A stretch of DNA of 64,000 nucleotides from an uncultured Solibacteraceae bacterium (lineage in GTDB: Bacteria > Acidobacteriota > Vicinamibacteria > Vicinamibacterales > SCN-69-37). Below are positions 1 through 8,508 of this stretch, piece by piece (the stretch's first letter is position 1; every line of letters begins with the position of its first letter). The DNA lies in contig CAZAZR010000001.1 in NCBI GenBank assembly GCA_964489685.1, positions 732 through 64,731 on the forward strand. Direction: 5' to 3'. The notes below the pieces were generated by a model. That model was given only the letters and a program-made list of their open reading frames with translations, made no database searches and was not told the origin of the DNA. The translations under genes were made by a program, and so were the position numbers.

Positions 1-463
1 TGGGAAAGCTGGACCAGCGGTCTCGGTCCAGCTCACGGATCGTGAGCAGGCTCTGGTACCGGTGAACCCACGTTTCCGGATTGTGATCGTACTCGCCCCT
101 CACTCGGCCACCCCACGCTCCGATCGTCGGCCATGCATCGGCGATGCGCGCCGTCTCGACAAGGAAGTCGGGCGCCAGAACCGTGTCGTCGTCGACGAAG
201 ACGAGAATCTCCCCCCGCGCCTCGACGATGCCGCGCAGCCGTGCATTCGTGAGCCCGACCGTTCCCTCCTGCACTACTCGCGCACCGCTGTGCCAGGAGA
301 GGTCGCAGAACTCCGCCACAGGTGTGTGCGAAGCATTGTCGATGAGGATCAACTCCCAGGAGTCCTTCGGGGCGACTTGAGTGCGCAGTCCTTCAATCGT
401 TCGCCGCATGTGGTGGGGACGCGGATCCTTGGTACAGAGAATGACGGACTGGAGGCGGGACAT
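1..463 (-). CDS. Glycosyltransferase family 2 (3' end cut by window edge)
   Basis: Not in ORF track because it runs off the edge. Own translation from ATG (cat at 461-463): MSRLQSVILCTKDPRPHHMRRTIEGLRTQVAPKDSWELILIDNAS...EILVFVDDDTVL. This shows the GT-A N-terminal pattern and an acidic DDD motif. It is an obvious paralog of the next gene. Confidence 0.8.
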   Translation of the reverse strand, partial: MSRLQSVILCTKDPRPHHMRRTIEGLRTQVAPKDSWELILIDNASHTPVAEFCDLSWHSGARVVQEGTVGLTNARLRGIVEARGEILVFVDDDTVLAPDFLVETARIADAWPTIGAWGGRVRGEYDHNPETWVHRYQSLLTIRELDRDRWSSFP

Positions 464-471
464 CGATCGCG

Positions 472-1407
472 TCACTCGAATCTCCCTTGGACGAAATCTC
501 GCCGGGCCATCTTCAGCCCAGCCAGTTCGGCGCGACGGAGTCGTCGCCGAACTCTCGAAAGACCAAGTGAGCGGATGTGGTCGATGAACAGCCGCAGTCG
601 CGACGGAATGGGCGGTCGCTTGCTGCGGATTGACCAGAACAGCAACTCGGAGTACGCGGTGCACTCTTGCATCCGCTCGAGATACGCCAGGTCGGTGCGC
701 TCCGGAGGAATCAGGTGTGTCGCCACCAGTGCAGTAAAGCGGCCCATTCCGAGCCCCAGGTCGCACGCGCTGAAAGCGAGGTCGAAATCGTCATGACCCG
801 TGAGTTCACCGGGTCGGGGGCCCAGACGCCTGCGCAACGGCCGTGTGCTGACACCGTCGGCGTAGGCGAGCGCGACCCGCCTGCGCACGACGAGACCCAC
901 ACCGCAGGGCGCGGCCTTGAGCACCGGCAGGTTGGTCCAGCGGTTCTGCGGAACCTCCCGCAAGCTGAGCAGCCCCCGCACGTCATGAATCCAGTCCGGC
1001 GGCGTCTCCTCGAATTCGCCGACGACCGCTCCGCCCCACGCGCCCAAGTGAGGCTGCTCGGCGCCGATTTGAAGAGCACGCTCCAGATAGTCGCGGTTCA
1101 GCACATTGTCATCGTCCACGAAGACGAGGCTCTTGCCGGATGACTCCCGAATCCCGCATACCCGAGCAGGGACGAGGCCCGCGTCGTCCTCCCGGACGTG
1201 TCTTGCGTGGGGGTGCCAGGACAAGTCGAAGCGCGCTGCGAGCGGCGCGTCGGATCCGTTGTCGACGAGGAGGAGTTCCCAAGACTTTGGTGCGAGCGTC
1301 TGCGCCCGCAGCGCCTCGATGGCGCGCTCCAGATGGCGCGGGCGTGGATTGCGGGTGCAGACGAGGACAGAAATGTCCACCGCATGACCTGGTGCAGTCT
1401 GGCTCAT
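472..1407 (-). CDS. Glycosyltransferase family 2
   Basis: ORF 472..1557. I prefer the internal ATG at 1405-1407 (MSQTAPGHAVDISVLVCTRNPRPRHLERAIEALRAQTLAPKSWELLLVDNGS...LVFVDDDNVL), which matches the N-terminus of its tandem paralog. The upstream extension is Arg/Gly-rich and unprotein-like. Confidence 0.85.
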   Translation of the reverse strand: MSQTAPGHAVDISVLVCTRNPRPRHLERAIEALRAQTLAPKSWELLLVDNGSDAPLAARFDLSWHPHARHVREDDAGLVPARVCGIRESSGKSLVFVDDDNVLNRDYLERALQIGAEQPHLGAWGGAVVGEFEETPPDWIHDVRGLLSLREVPQNRWTNLPVLKAAPCGVGLVVRRRVALAYADGVSTRPLRRRLGPRPGELTGHDDFDLAFSACDLGLGMGRFTALVATHLIPPERTDLAYLERMQECTAYSELLFWSIRSKRPPIPSRLRLFIDHIRSLGLSRVRRRLRRAELAGLKMARRDFVQGRFE

Positions 1408-1534
1408 CGCGCGCTGTCTCCAGCGGGTACGCTGCACGTCTCGAGTCGACGACGAGCCGAATTGAGCGCCGCCCTGAACGATCCTTACACGTTTTAAGCC
1501 CCGCGCGAGCATCGCGGCGACGTCGCAAGCGAAT

Positions 1535-2401
1535 CTACCAGGCCGTCCGGCCGCCATCGACGATCAGGTTACTTCCGGTCATGTACGACGATGCGTCCGA
1601 CACAAGGAAGAGTACCGCAGCCTGGTACTCGTCGCGCTTCGCCATTCGGTCCAGCGGAATCAGGCGGGTGAGATTCTGCACGAAGTGCGGGTCGTGTCCG
1701 GCATGGACGCCACCAGGCGAGAGGGAATTGACACGGATACCCTTTGCGGCCCAATAGGTGGCCAAGTACCGGCTGAAGTTGATGACTGCCGCCTTGGTCG
1801 TGGCATACGCGATGGGCGTGTTGAACGGCTCGCCCGTGTGTGGGTTTCTCGCACCCTCGTAGATTCGGTGGTCCGGACTGATGGTCCCCACGTCGGACGC
1901 GATATTGAGGATCACCCCACACTGTTTGTCGACCATCACTTTCCCGACCGACTGACAGCACAGAAACATGCCCGTCAGGTTGACGTCGAGCGCCTTCTGC
2001 CACAACGCCAGAGGATACTCCTCGAACGGCGCGAAGTACTCCTTGGCAGAAAGCCCGCCGCCTCTCACCGTGAGCGCGGCGTTGTTGATCAGAATGTCGA
2101 TGCGGCCGAAGCGGGCGAGCACTGTCCGCGTCATCGCCTTCACGTCGTCTTTGTCGGTGATGTCTACTCGAATGCCAATCGATTCCACATGGTGATCGCG
2201 CGTGACCTCGGCGGCCGCCTCCAAGGCATGGTCGGCGATGTCGGCCAGTACGGCGTGGCCACCGGCATCGGCGATGGCGGCAGCGTGCTGACGGCCGAGC
2301 AGGCCGGCGCCGCCGGTGATGATCGCCACGCGTCCCGTCAGATCGAACTTGTCCAACACCGTCACGTTGTGTCCCCCTTCAGACCGCGTGGCGATCGCCA
2401 C
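1535..2401 (-). CDS. Short-chain dehydrogenase/reductase (SDR) family oxidoreductase
   Basis: TGRVAIITGGAGLLG (TGxxxGxG cofactor motif), NNAA, and catalytic YATTK (YxxxK). The start is uncertain, since the ORF overlaps the upstream stop by 23 nt. Confidence 0.85.
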   Translation of the reverse strand: MAIATRSEGGHNVTVLDKFDLTGRVAIITGGAGLLGRQHAAAIADAGGHAVLADIADHALEAAAEVTRDHHVESIGIRVDITDKDDVKAMTRTVLARFGRIDILINNAALTVRGGGLSAKEYFAPFEEYPLALWQKALDVNLTGMFLCCQSVGKVMVDKQCGVILNIASDVGTISPDHRIYEGARNPHTGEPFNTPIAYATTKAAVINFSRYLATYWAAKGIRVNSLSPGGVHAGHDPHFVQNLTRLIPLDRMAKRDEYQAAVLFLVSDASSYMTGSNLIVDGGRTAW

Positions 2402-3146
2402 CGGTGTCCGGATCAGGCCATCGGCCTTGTTGCAGCTTCACGAGCGCGGCCTCGATCGCCGGAATGTTGTCCAGGTAATCCAGTTCAAGGGCAGGCTCGC
2501 GCACCACAAATGGCAGGATGCGATCGCCGCACATCAGGTTCCGGTCAAGCACCACACGGGGCCGCACGATGTCCACGTACCCGTTCTGCCAGTACACCTC
2601 AGGCAGGCTCTGACGCGGCTGACAGTAGGCCTCCACGACGGACGGCAGAGAGAGAACGGGCTGAAGCAGACCATCCACCATGTGCCACATCTTGTACGGT
2701 GTCTGGGCCGGTTGACAGACGGAACGTAGCGAATCCGCGCCGGGGTGAGCCAGCATCAGTTCGATGGCCTGGTCGATCAGAGGCACTCGCCGAACGGGAC
2801 CCGTCGGCCGTAAGTGCACCACGCACTCGCACACATAACCCTCGTGTGCGCGCAGCCAAGTGAGGGCATGCCGGAACACGTCGAGATCAAGCGACAAATC
2901 CTGCGCAAACTCGGCGGGTCGAATGAAGGGGACCTCGGCGCCGTAGGCGGCGGCCACCTCGGCAATCTCGGGGTCGTCGGTGGACACAATCGTTCGAGTG
3001 ATATGGGCGGAGGCCAGCGCCTGCTCAATGGAGTAGGCGATGATCGGCTTGCCGGCAATCACCACGAGATTTTTTCTGGGAATGGATCGCGATCCACCCC
3101 GTGCAGGAATCAACGCCAGGACTTCCGGACGGGTATCAGGTGTCAT
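2379..3146 (-). CDS. Acylneuraminate (CMP-NulO/CMP-ulosonic acid) cytidylyltransferase family protein
   Basis: LALIPARGGSRSIPRKNLVVIAGKPIIAYSIEQA...IVSTDDPEIA is typical of CMP-NeuAc/CMP-Kdo synthetase-like enzymes. The start is chosen at the 40th codon (MTPDTRPEV), giving an ATGA overlap (3143-3146) with the upstream gene. Confidence 0.85.
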   Translation of the reverse strand: MTPDTRPEVLALIPARGGSRSIPRKNLVVIAGKPIIAYSIEQALASAHITRTIVSTDDPEIAEVAAAYGAEVPFIRPAEFAQDLSLDLDVFRHALTWLRAHEGYVCECVVHLRPTGPVRRVPLIDQAIELMLAHPGADSLRSVCQPAQTPYKMWHMVDGLLQPVLSLPSVVEAYCQPRQSLPEVYWQNGYVDIVRPRVVLDRNLMCGDRILPFVVREPALELDYLDNIPAIEAALVKLQQGRWPDPDTGGDRHAV

Positions 3147-4183
3147 TGGCCCAACTCCACGACCTGTCGTGTGTCCATCGACCGTTTTGCCGCCAGCGCT
3201 ACGCGCAGGCTGAGCGCCGCATCGGCCAGGGTGGCCACGGGCGTCTGTTCGCCTCGCACACACGCCAGGAAGTGCGCCATCTCGTCGAGAAAGAGCTGGT
3301 TGCGTTCAAAGGGCGCAATCGGGGCGAGTGCCACGGCAGTGCCGTCGCCGTCAAAAAGACGGAGGCTCGGTTCCCGCAGGTCCATCAGGATTTTTCCAGC
3401 GTCTCCGATGACCTGGCAGGTGCGGGACGCCGGCCGCTGAATGTAGTCCTGGTGCACGTGCACCGGGATGGCCTGCCCGTCCATCGTCACGTCCATCAGA
3501 ATACTTGCGGTGTCTTCCACATCGATCTCGAGCGGGCTCAGATGTCCCCCCACTGCGAAGACCCGCGTCGGTCGGCCAAAGAGCCAGCATGCATAGTCGA
3601 GCTCGTGAATCTGCGAGAGAATGACGCCGCCTCCCAAGTCCCGCCGCGACGCATACATCTGCCGGTAGTCCTCATACGGGTGCCAGCCTGGCAGGTATTC
3701 TCCTGCCTCGATGCGCACCGCCAAAATCCGGCCCACGACCCGCTGCTCGATGAGTGCATGGAGCGCGCGGAGGCATGGATGGTATCGGAGTTGGTATCCA
3801 ACAAGTGCCATCAGGCCGCGGGCCTTGACTACGTCGGCCAGCTCATCAATGCCATCGATAGTGTGAGACAGCGGCTTCTCTATAAAGAGGTGACTGCCAG
3901 CCCGAGCCGCAGCGAGGGCAACCGGCATGTGGAGGCTGGTCGGGTTACAGATGAACGTCACGTCAGGGCGCTCGGCCAGCGCATCGGTGAGATCGCTGAA
4001 GACGCGAACGTTGTACTCGGTCTCCAGATCACAGTTGGGCCTGATGTTCAGTCCGTCGGTCAGCACGTGCGAGAGCCCGCGGCTGCGATACGCCAGCACG
4101 GTGGTGTCGTCACCCATCAGAGCCCTGAGATTGCGCAGGTGGCGTTGGCCGACGCCACCGAGCCCGACCATCAGCGCTTTCAC
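3143..4183 (-). CDS. Gfo/Idh/MocA family NAD(P)-dependent oxidoreductase
   Basis: N-terminal Rossmann MKALMVGLGGVGQRHLRNL and the LFIEKPLSH (EKP) motif. It has 4-nt overlaps with both neighbours. Confidence 0.8.
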   Translation of the reverse strand: MKALMVGLGGVGQRHLRNLRALMGDDTTVLAYRSRGLSHVLTDGLNIRPNCDLETEYNVRVFSDLTDALAERPDVTFICNPTSLHMPVALAAARAGSHLFIEKPLSHTIDGIDELADVVKARGLMALVGYQLRYHPCLRALHALIEQRVVGRILAVRIEAGEYLPGWHPYEDYRQMYASRRDLGGGVILSQIHELDYACWLFGRPTRVFAVGGHLSPLEIDVEDTASILMDVTMDGQAIPVHVHQDYIQRPASRTCQVIGDAGKILMDLREPSLRLFDGDGTAVALAPIAPFERNQLFLDEMAHFLACVRGEQTPVATLADAALSLRVALAAKRSMDTRQVVELGQ

Positions 4184-4995
4184 AGTAACGTCCTGACGAA
4201 GCTCAAGTGGGCAGTGGCGACCTCAAGAAAATCACGTCCGAACGCCGTTTGCATGACTACCGGTCCCGCGTAACCTGCCTCACCGACTGCGGCAAAAAAT
4301 CGTGGGAAGTCCGCGTCGCCCTGACCCAGCGGAACTGTGGGACCACCCTTCGTGCGGTCCTTGACGTGGATTCCGCACAACAGCGGACCGAGTATTCGGA
4401 TATCAGCCGCGATGTCATATCCGCGGGCTGTTGCGTTTCCGGTATCGAAATAGACTCCCAACGCAGCGTGCTGCGCGTCACTGACGAGGTCCGCATATTC
4501 GGCAGCCGGCAGTTCGGTCTCGAGGCCAAGACGAATGTCGAAAGAAGCGGCCAGGTCCAGTGGCTCTTGAAGGTGTCGCAGTAGTTCCGCCTTTTCGTCG
4601 GCCGTCCGAAGTTCGGCCACCTCCAGCACAGGCAAGAGAACGGTCGTGGCGCCCAGCGCGGCAGCCTGGGTGATCAACTGCTTGAGTACGGCCACGCTTG
4701 CGGCGGACTCGGCTCCGGGGACGCGAAAAAATGGGTGCGCCATGAAGTAGTCGGCGCAAACTGAAGGCACCGTCACACCGGTCGTCGCCACGAGCGCGCG
4801 GATGCGTTCGATACCGCCGTCGATCCAGATCGGGTTGCGATCGAACCCCTCGGCCTCAAACAACCACTCAATGCTGTTGATGCCACACGCGTGTGCGTAT
4901 GCGAATTCCTGTTCCCAGGTGTGCCAGGGGAACGCCTGCACACGGTCCGACGCCGGCGGCGACAGCCGCCCCTGCATGATACCGACAGGATTCAC
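4180..4995 (-). CDS. Sugar phosphate isomerase/epimerase (xylose isomerase-like TIM barrel) family protein
   Basis: Pattern GINSIEWLFE ... RLGLETE ... GVYFDTGN ... GIHVKD is characteristic of the AP-endonuclease-2/xylose-isomerase-like TIM barrel fold. Confidence 0.7.
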   Translation of the reverse strand: MNPVGIMQGRLSPPASDRVQAFPWHTWEQEFAYAHACGINSIEWLFEAEGFDRNPIWIDGGIERIRALVATTGVTVPSVCADYFMAHPFFRVPGAESAASVAVLKQLITQAAALGATTVLLPVLEVAELRTADEKAELLRHLQEPLDLAASFDIRLGLETELPAAEYADLVSDAQHAALGVYFDTGNATARGYDIAADIRILGPLLCGIHVKDRTKGGPTVPLGQGDADFPRFFAAVGEAGYAGPVVMQTAFGRDFLEVATAHLSFVRTLL

Positions 4996-5462
4996 GCCGG
5001 GCTCCCGACTCCAAGGACAATGTCAACGGCCTCGGCCACCGCACCGTCACCGCCCTTGTGCAGCAACACGCGGTCCGCCGCGCGAATCGCCGACGGACTG
5101 GCATCGGCAGGCGCCAGGCCCAGTCCAGCGGCTGCCAGTGCATCGGCATCCCGTACCGAGTCGCCCACATAACAGACCTCGTCGAGCGTGACATGAAGTT
5201 CGGCGCAGAGGTTATTGAGTGCGCGGCCCTTGTCTTTCGCCCCTCGCCAGACATGGAGCACGCCAAGTCTCTTCACAATCTGATCAACCCAGGGCGAGTC
5301 TTCGCCGGTGACCAGGGCCACGGTCAGGCCCTGCCGATGCGCGTGAAACACCGCATCGATATCGCGGTACGAGACCGTCTTGAGTTCCCGTCCCGCGTCA
5401 TCGATGGTGACTGTGCCTGATGTCAGGACACCGTCGATGTCCAGAGCCAGCACCCGGATCAT
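4992..5462 (-). CDS. HAD-IIIA KdsC-type phosphatase (ulosonate/nonulosonate-phosphate phosphatase)
   Basis: LALDIDGVLTSG (DxDGV motif I), VALVTGEDS, KDKGRAL, and VGDSVRDADAL (motif IV). At 156 aa its size is typical of Kdo-8-P/KDN-9-P phosphatases. Confidence 0.85.
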   Translation of the reverse strand: MIRVLALDIDGVLTSGTVTIDDAGRELKTVSYRDIDAVFHAHRQGLTVALVTGEDSPWVDQIVKRLGVLHVWRGAKDKGRALNNLCAELHVTLDEVCYVGDSVRDADALAAAGLGLAPADASPSAIRAADRVLLHKGGDGAVAEAVDIVLGVGSPA

Positions 5463-6328
5463 GCCTGCACGCGCCTCAATTTGCGCATGATCGGCACTTC
5501 GCTGTCGTAGACGCGCTTGGCTCCGTCACCCATGGCCGTCTCGATGGCCCTGATGTCCTTCACCAGCCGCGCAAAGCCCTGCGGCTCAACCGACGCAGCC
5601 TGATCGCTGCCCCACATGGCCCGATCCAGGGAGATATGACGTTCCACCATGCAGGCGCCAAGGGCCACGGCGGCCAGCGTGGTGCTGAGCCCGACTTCGT
5701 GTCCCGAATATCCGACCGGCAGTCCGAAGTGTTCCTGCAGTCGCGGAATCGCGCGGAGGTTAATCTCCTCGAGTCGCGTCGGATAGGTGCTGGTGCAATG
5801 CAGCAGGATCAGCTCTTCGCCCTGCACGGTCTTCACGCCTTGGTCCACCTGCTCCAGAGAACTCATGCCCGTGGAAAGCAGGATTGGCCTACCCGTGTGT
5901 CGATGGTGCTGAAGCAGTGCGGTATCGGTTAGCGATGCTGACGCGATCTTCCAGCACGGGGGATCGAAGGCCCTCATGAAATCGACCGACGCCTCGTCCC
6001 AGCAGGACGCAAACCACAGCAGGCCGAGGCTGCGGCAATACGCGTCGATCTCGGCATATTGCGATGCGCCGAACTCCAGACCCCGTTTCAGGTCGCCGTT
6101 GGTCGTACCGAACGGGCTCTCGCGAGGGCGGGCCAGTTCGTCGGCCGAGTACACCGTGTCCACCGTGCGCTTCTGGAATTTGACAGCGTCACAACCGGCC
6201 GAGGCCGCCGCCTGCGCCAGCTTCTTCGCCACCTTCACGTCTCCGTTGTGGTTGATGCCGATCTCGGCGACGATGAAGGTGGGGTGCCCCGGGCCAACGA
6301 TCCGGTTTCCGATCCTGACGCCCTGCAT
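5459..6328 (-). CDS. NeuB-family (N-acylneuraminate / nonulosonate synthase-like) PEP-condensing synthase lacking the SAF domain
   Basis: GPGHPTFIVAEIGINHNGDVKVAKKLAQAAASAGCDAVKFQKRT ... GYSGHEVG ... VERHISLDR. The protein ends at 289 aa, directly after the TIM barrel, with no C-terminal SAF/antifreeze-like domain. Confidence 0.9.
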   Translation of the reverse strand: MQGVRIGNRIVGPGHPTFIVAEIGINHNGDVKVAKKLAQAAASAGCDAVKFQKRTVDTVYSADELARPRESPFGTTNGDLKRGLEFGASQYAEIDAYCRSLGLLWFASCWDEASVDFMRAFDPPCWKIASASLTDTALLQHHRHTGRPILLSTGMSSLEQVDQGVKTVQGEELILLHCTSTYPTRLEEINLRAIPRLQEHFGLPVGYSGHEVGLSTTLAAVALGACMVERHISLDRAMWGSDQAASVEPQGFARLVKDIRAIETAMGDGAKRVYDSEVPIMRKLRRVQA

Positions 6329-6343
6329 AGAAGTCCTATCGTG

Positions 6344-7333
6344 TCACTGTTTCGCGTACTGATCGAAGATCCACTGATAGGTCTGTTCCAACCCGCTGCG
6401 CAACCGGATGGACGGCTCCCAACCCAGAAGGCTCTGAATCCTGGTGTTGTCGGAGTTCCGTCCGTTCACACCTTTAGGCGCCGAAAGGTTGTGGCGGCGC
6501 TCGAGCGTCACGCCGGCGATCTCCTCGACGATATCTACCAGACCGTTGATGGTGACCAGTTCGCTCGATCCCAGGTTGATCGGCTCACGGATGCCGCTGG
6601 CCAGGATGGCCTGCGCGCCATACACGCAGTCGTCGATGTACTGAAATGACCGCGTCTGTTCTCCATCGCCCCAAATCTCGATGGTATTCGTTCCGCGCAC
6701 CTTGGCGTCGATCACTTTTCGGCAGATCGCGGCCGGTGCCTTTTCGCGCCCACCATCCCAGGTTCCGTGGGGCCCGTACACGTTGTGCAGCCGGGCCACG
6801 CGGGTGTCGAGTCCCAAATCCTCGCGGAAGTGCCGGCACATGCGCTCGGAGAACAGTTTCTCCCAGCCGTAGCCGTCTTCCGGCATCGCCGGATAGGCGT
6901 CCTCTTCCTTGAGGGGGACGACGTGCGCGTCGTGTTGTTTGTCGGCGTTATAGACGCAGGCCGATGACGCGTAGAAGAAGCGTGAGACGCCTGCCGCCAC
7001 CGAAGCTTCGAGCATGTGGGTGTTGATGAGCACCGAGAGCATGCACAGGGCCTTGTTGTGCTCGATGAAGCCCATGCCGCCCATATCGGCCGCGAGTTGG
7101 TAGACGGTGGCAGCGCCGGCGCAAGCCATCTCACAGTCAGCCTTGCGCCGAAGGTCCGCCACCACATTGTCAGCGCCGGGAAACACCTGCCACCATCCCC
7201 TGATCGGTTTGATGTCCACGGAGCGGACCGTGTGGCCCTTGCGAAGCAGGTCGGCGACCAGGTGACCGCCGATGAAGCCGCCGCCACCGGCGACTACGAT
7301 GAGATCAGCCACCCAGTTAGCATACCCTCTCAC
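6344..7333 (-). CDS. NAD-dependent epimerase/dehydratase, GDP-mannose 3,5-epimerase-like
   Basis: VVAGGGGFIGGHLV (GxxGxxG), YGWEKLFSE (YxxxK), and LHNVYGPHGTWDGGREKAPAAICRKV. The last segment closely resembles the GDP-mannose 3,5-epimerase signature region as I recall it. Confidence 0.8.
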   Translation of the reverse strand: MRGYANWVADLIVVAGGGGFIGGHLVADLLRKGHTVRSVDIKPIRGWWQVFPGADNVVADLRRKADCEMACAGAATVYQLAADMGGMGFIEHNKALCMLSVLINTHMLEASVAAGVSRFFYASSACVYNADKQHDAHVVPLKEEDAYPAMPEDGYGWEKLFSERMCRHFREDLGLDTRVARLHNVYGPHGTWDGGREKAPAAICRKVIDAKVRGTNTIEIWGDGEQTRSFQYIDDCVYGAQAILASGIREPINLGSSELVTINGLVDIVEEIAGVTLERRHNLSAPKGVNGRNSDNTRIQSLLGWEPSIRLRSGLEQTYQWIFDQYAKQ

Positions 7334-8508
7334 CGAGGGGACGACAAAAGGGCAGTGGCAGCAGCACCGGCATCAGCGGGAGAGATGCTCTGGATACAAT
7401 GCGCCCCTTCCGACACACAGGCGAAAGTGCACGGCGGCAGCGGTGCGATCGGCTGCAGGACCTTGTGGGGAGTGGTCCCTGGGCCGAACCGCTCCGGAGC
7501 GTTGACGTGATCGGGATCACCCGCCCCCGGGTGACACGAGATCTCGATCACAGGGACGCCACCGGCAGCCGCCAGGTGCATCGGGCCGGAGTCATTGCCG
7601 ACGAACAGCGTGCAGCGTTTCAAGATGGCGGCGGTCTCGCGGAGGGTGGTCTGACCGACCGCGTTGATGACGTGGCCACCGAGGCTGTTGCGCAATTGCT
7701 CTCCCAGTGCTCGGTCGGCCTCACCGCCCACGACCACAACTGTGCCACCGTGTGCGCGCAGAATGTCCGCTGCCGCCGTGGCAAAGCTGGCAACAGGCCA
7801 GCGCCGACGGGGACTGGTCGCGCCTGGAGCAATGGCGAGCAAAAACCCCCCGCGCTCGGCGCCGTGGGCGGCGAGGAACTCCGTCGCAAACCGTTCATCA
7901 TCCTCATTCAGCCAGAGCTCCAGCCGGTCGTCCGCGGTGGTGCCGCCGAGCGATCGGATGAGGTTCAGGTTTCGTGCCGCCTCGTGCCGCTCCGGCATGG
8001 ACGCAGGCATATGCGTGAGCAAGGCACGGTCCCGGTACCCCAGACGCCAGCGGGCTCCGCTCTGAAACACGAGCATCGAAGCGAAGCGCGGGTCGTGGTC
8101 CCACCTGGGAGCAATTCCCAGATCGAATGCTTCAGTGAACTGGTCGCGGGCAAAGGCACGGGCGTGAGCGAGTGCCCTGAACGCTGAAGTCGAAGCATCG
8201 TGGTCGTAGGCCAGGACCCGATCAACGTAGGGGCAGAGCGCTACGAGGTTGAAAAGTTCCGGCCGTACGACGAGTGTGATCGAGGCGTGAGGCAGGTTGC
8301 GGCGCAATTCTCTCAGGAACGGCGTGGTCAGCACCATGTCCCCGATTTCGTCGAGCCTGACAACCAGGACACTCCGAACGGCAGCCAGAGCAGTGGGCTC
8401 CTTGCCGGCGCGGTGTCGGTGCGGCCGCAGGCGATCGCCCAGAAGCAAGGCCCCGCACGCCAGCCGGCGGTCCACGTCACGAAGGAAACGCCGCAGGCGC
8501 CCTGTCAT
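7330..8508 (-). CDS. Glycosyltransferase family 9 (heptosyltransferase-like)
   Basis: VLVVRLDEIGDMVLTTPFLRELRRNLPHASITLVV and the C-terminal LFVGNDSGPMHLAAAGGVPVIEI are GT9 hallmarks. Confidence 0.8.
   Translation of the reverse strand: MTGRLRRFLRDVDRRLACGALLLGDRLRPHRHRAGKEPTALAAVRSVLVVRLDEIGDMVLTTPFLRELRRNLPHASITLVVRPELFNLVALCPYVDRVLAYDHDASTSAFRALAHARAFARDQFTEAFDLGIAPRWDHDPRFASMLVFQSGARWRLGYRDRALLTHMPASMPERHEAARNLNLIRSLGGTTADDRLELWLNEDDERFATEFLAAHGAERGGFLLAIAPGATSPRRRWPVASFATAAADILRAHGGTVVVVGGEADRALGEQLRNSLGGHVINAVGQTTLRETAAILKRCTLFVGNDSGPMHLAAAGGVPVIEISCHPGAGDPDHVNAPERFGPGTTPHKVLQPIAPLPPCTFACVSEGAHCIQSISPADAGAAATALLSSPR

Noticed and set aside
62-796. A 244-aa plus-strand ORF at the window start.
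   Set aside because: It is antisense to two tandem GT2 genes with clear motifs, and its translation is low-complexity and Arg/Ser-rich.
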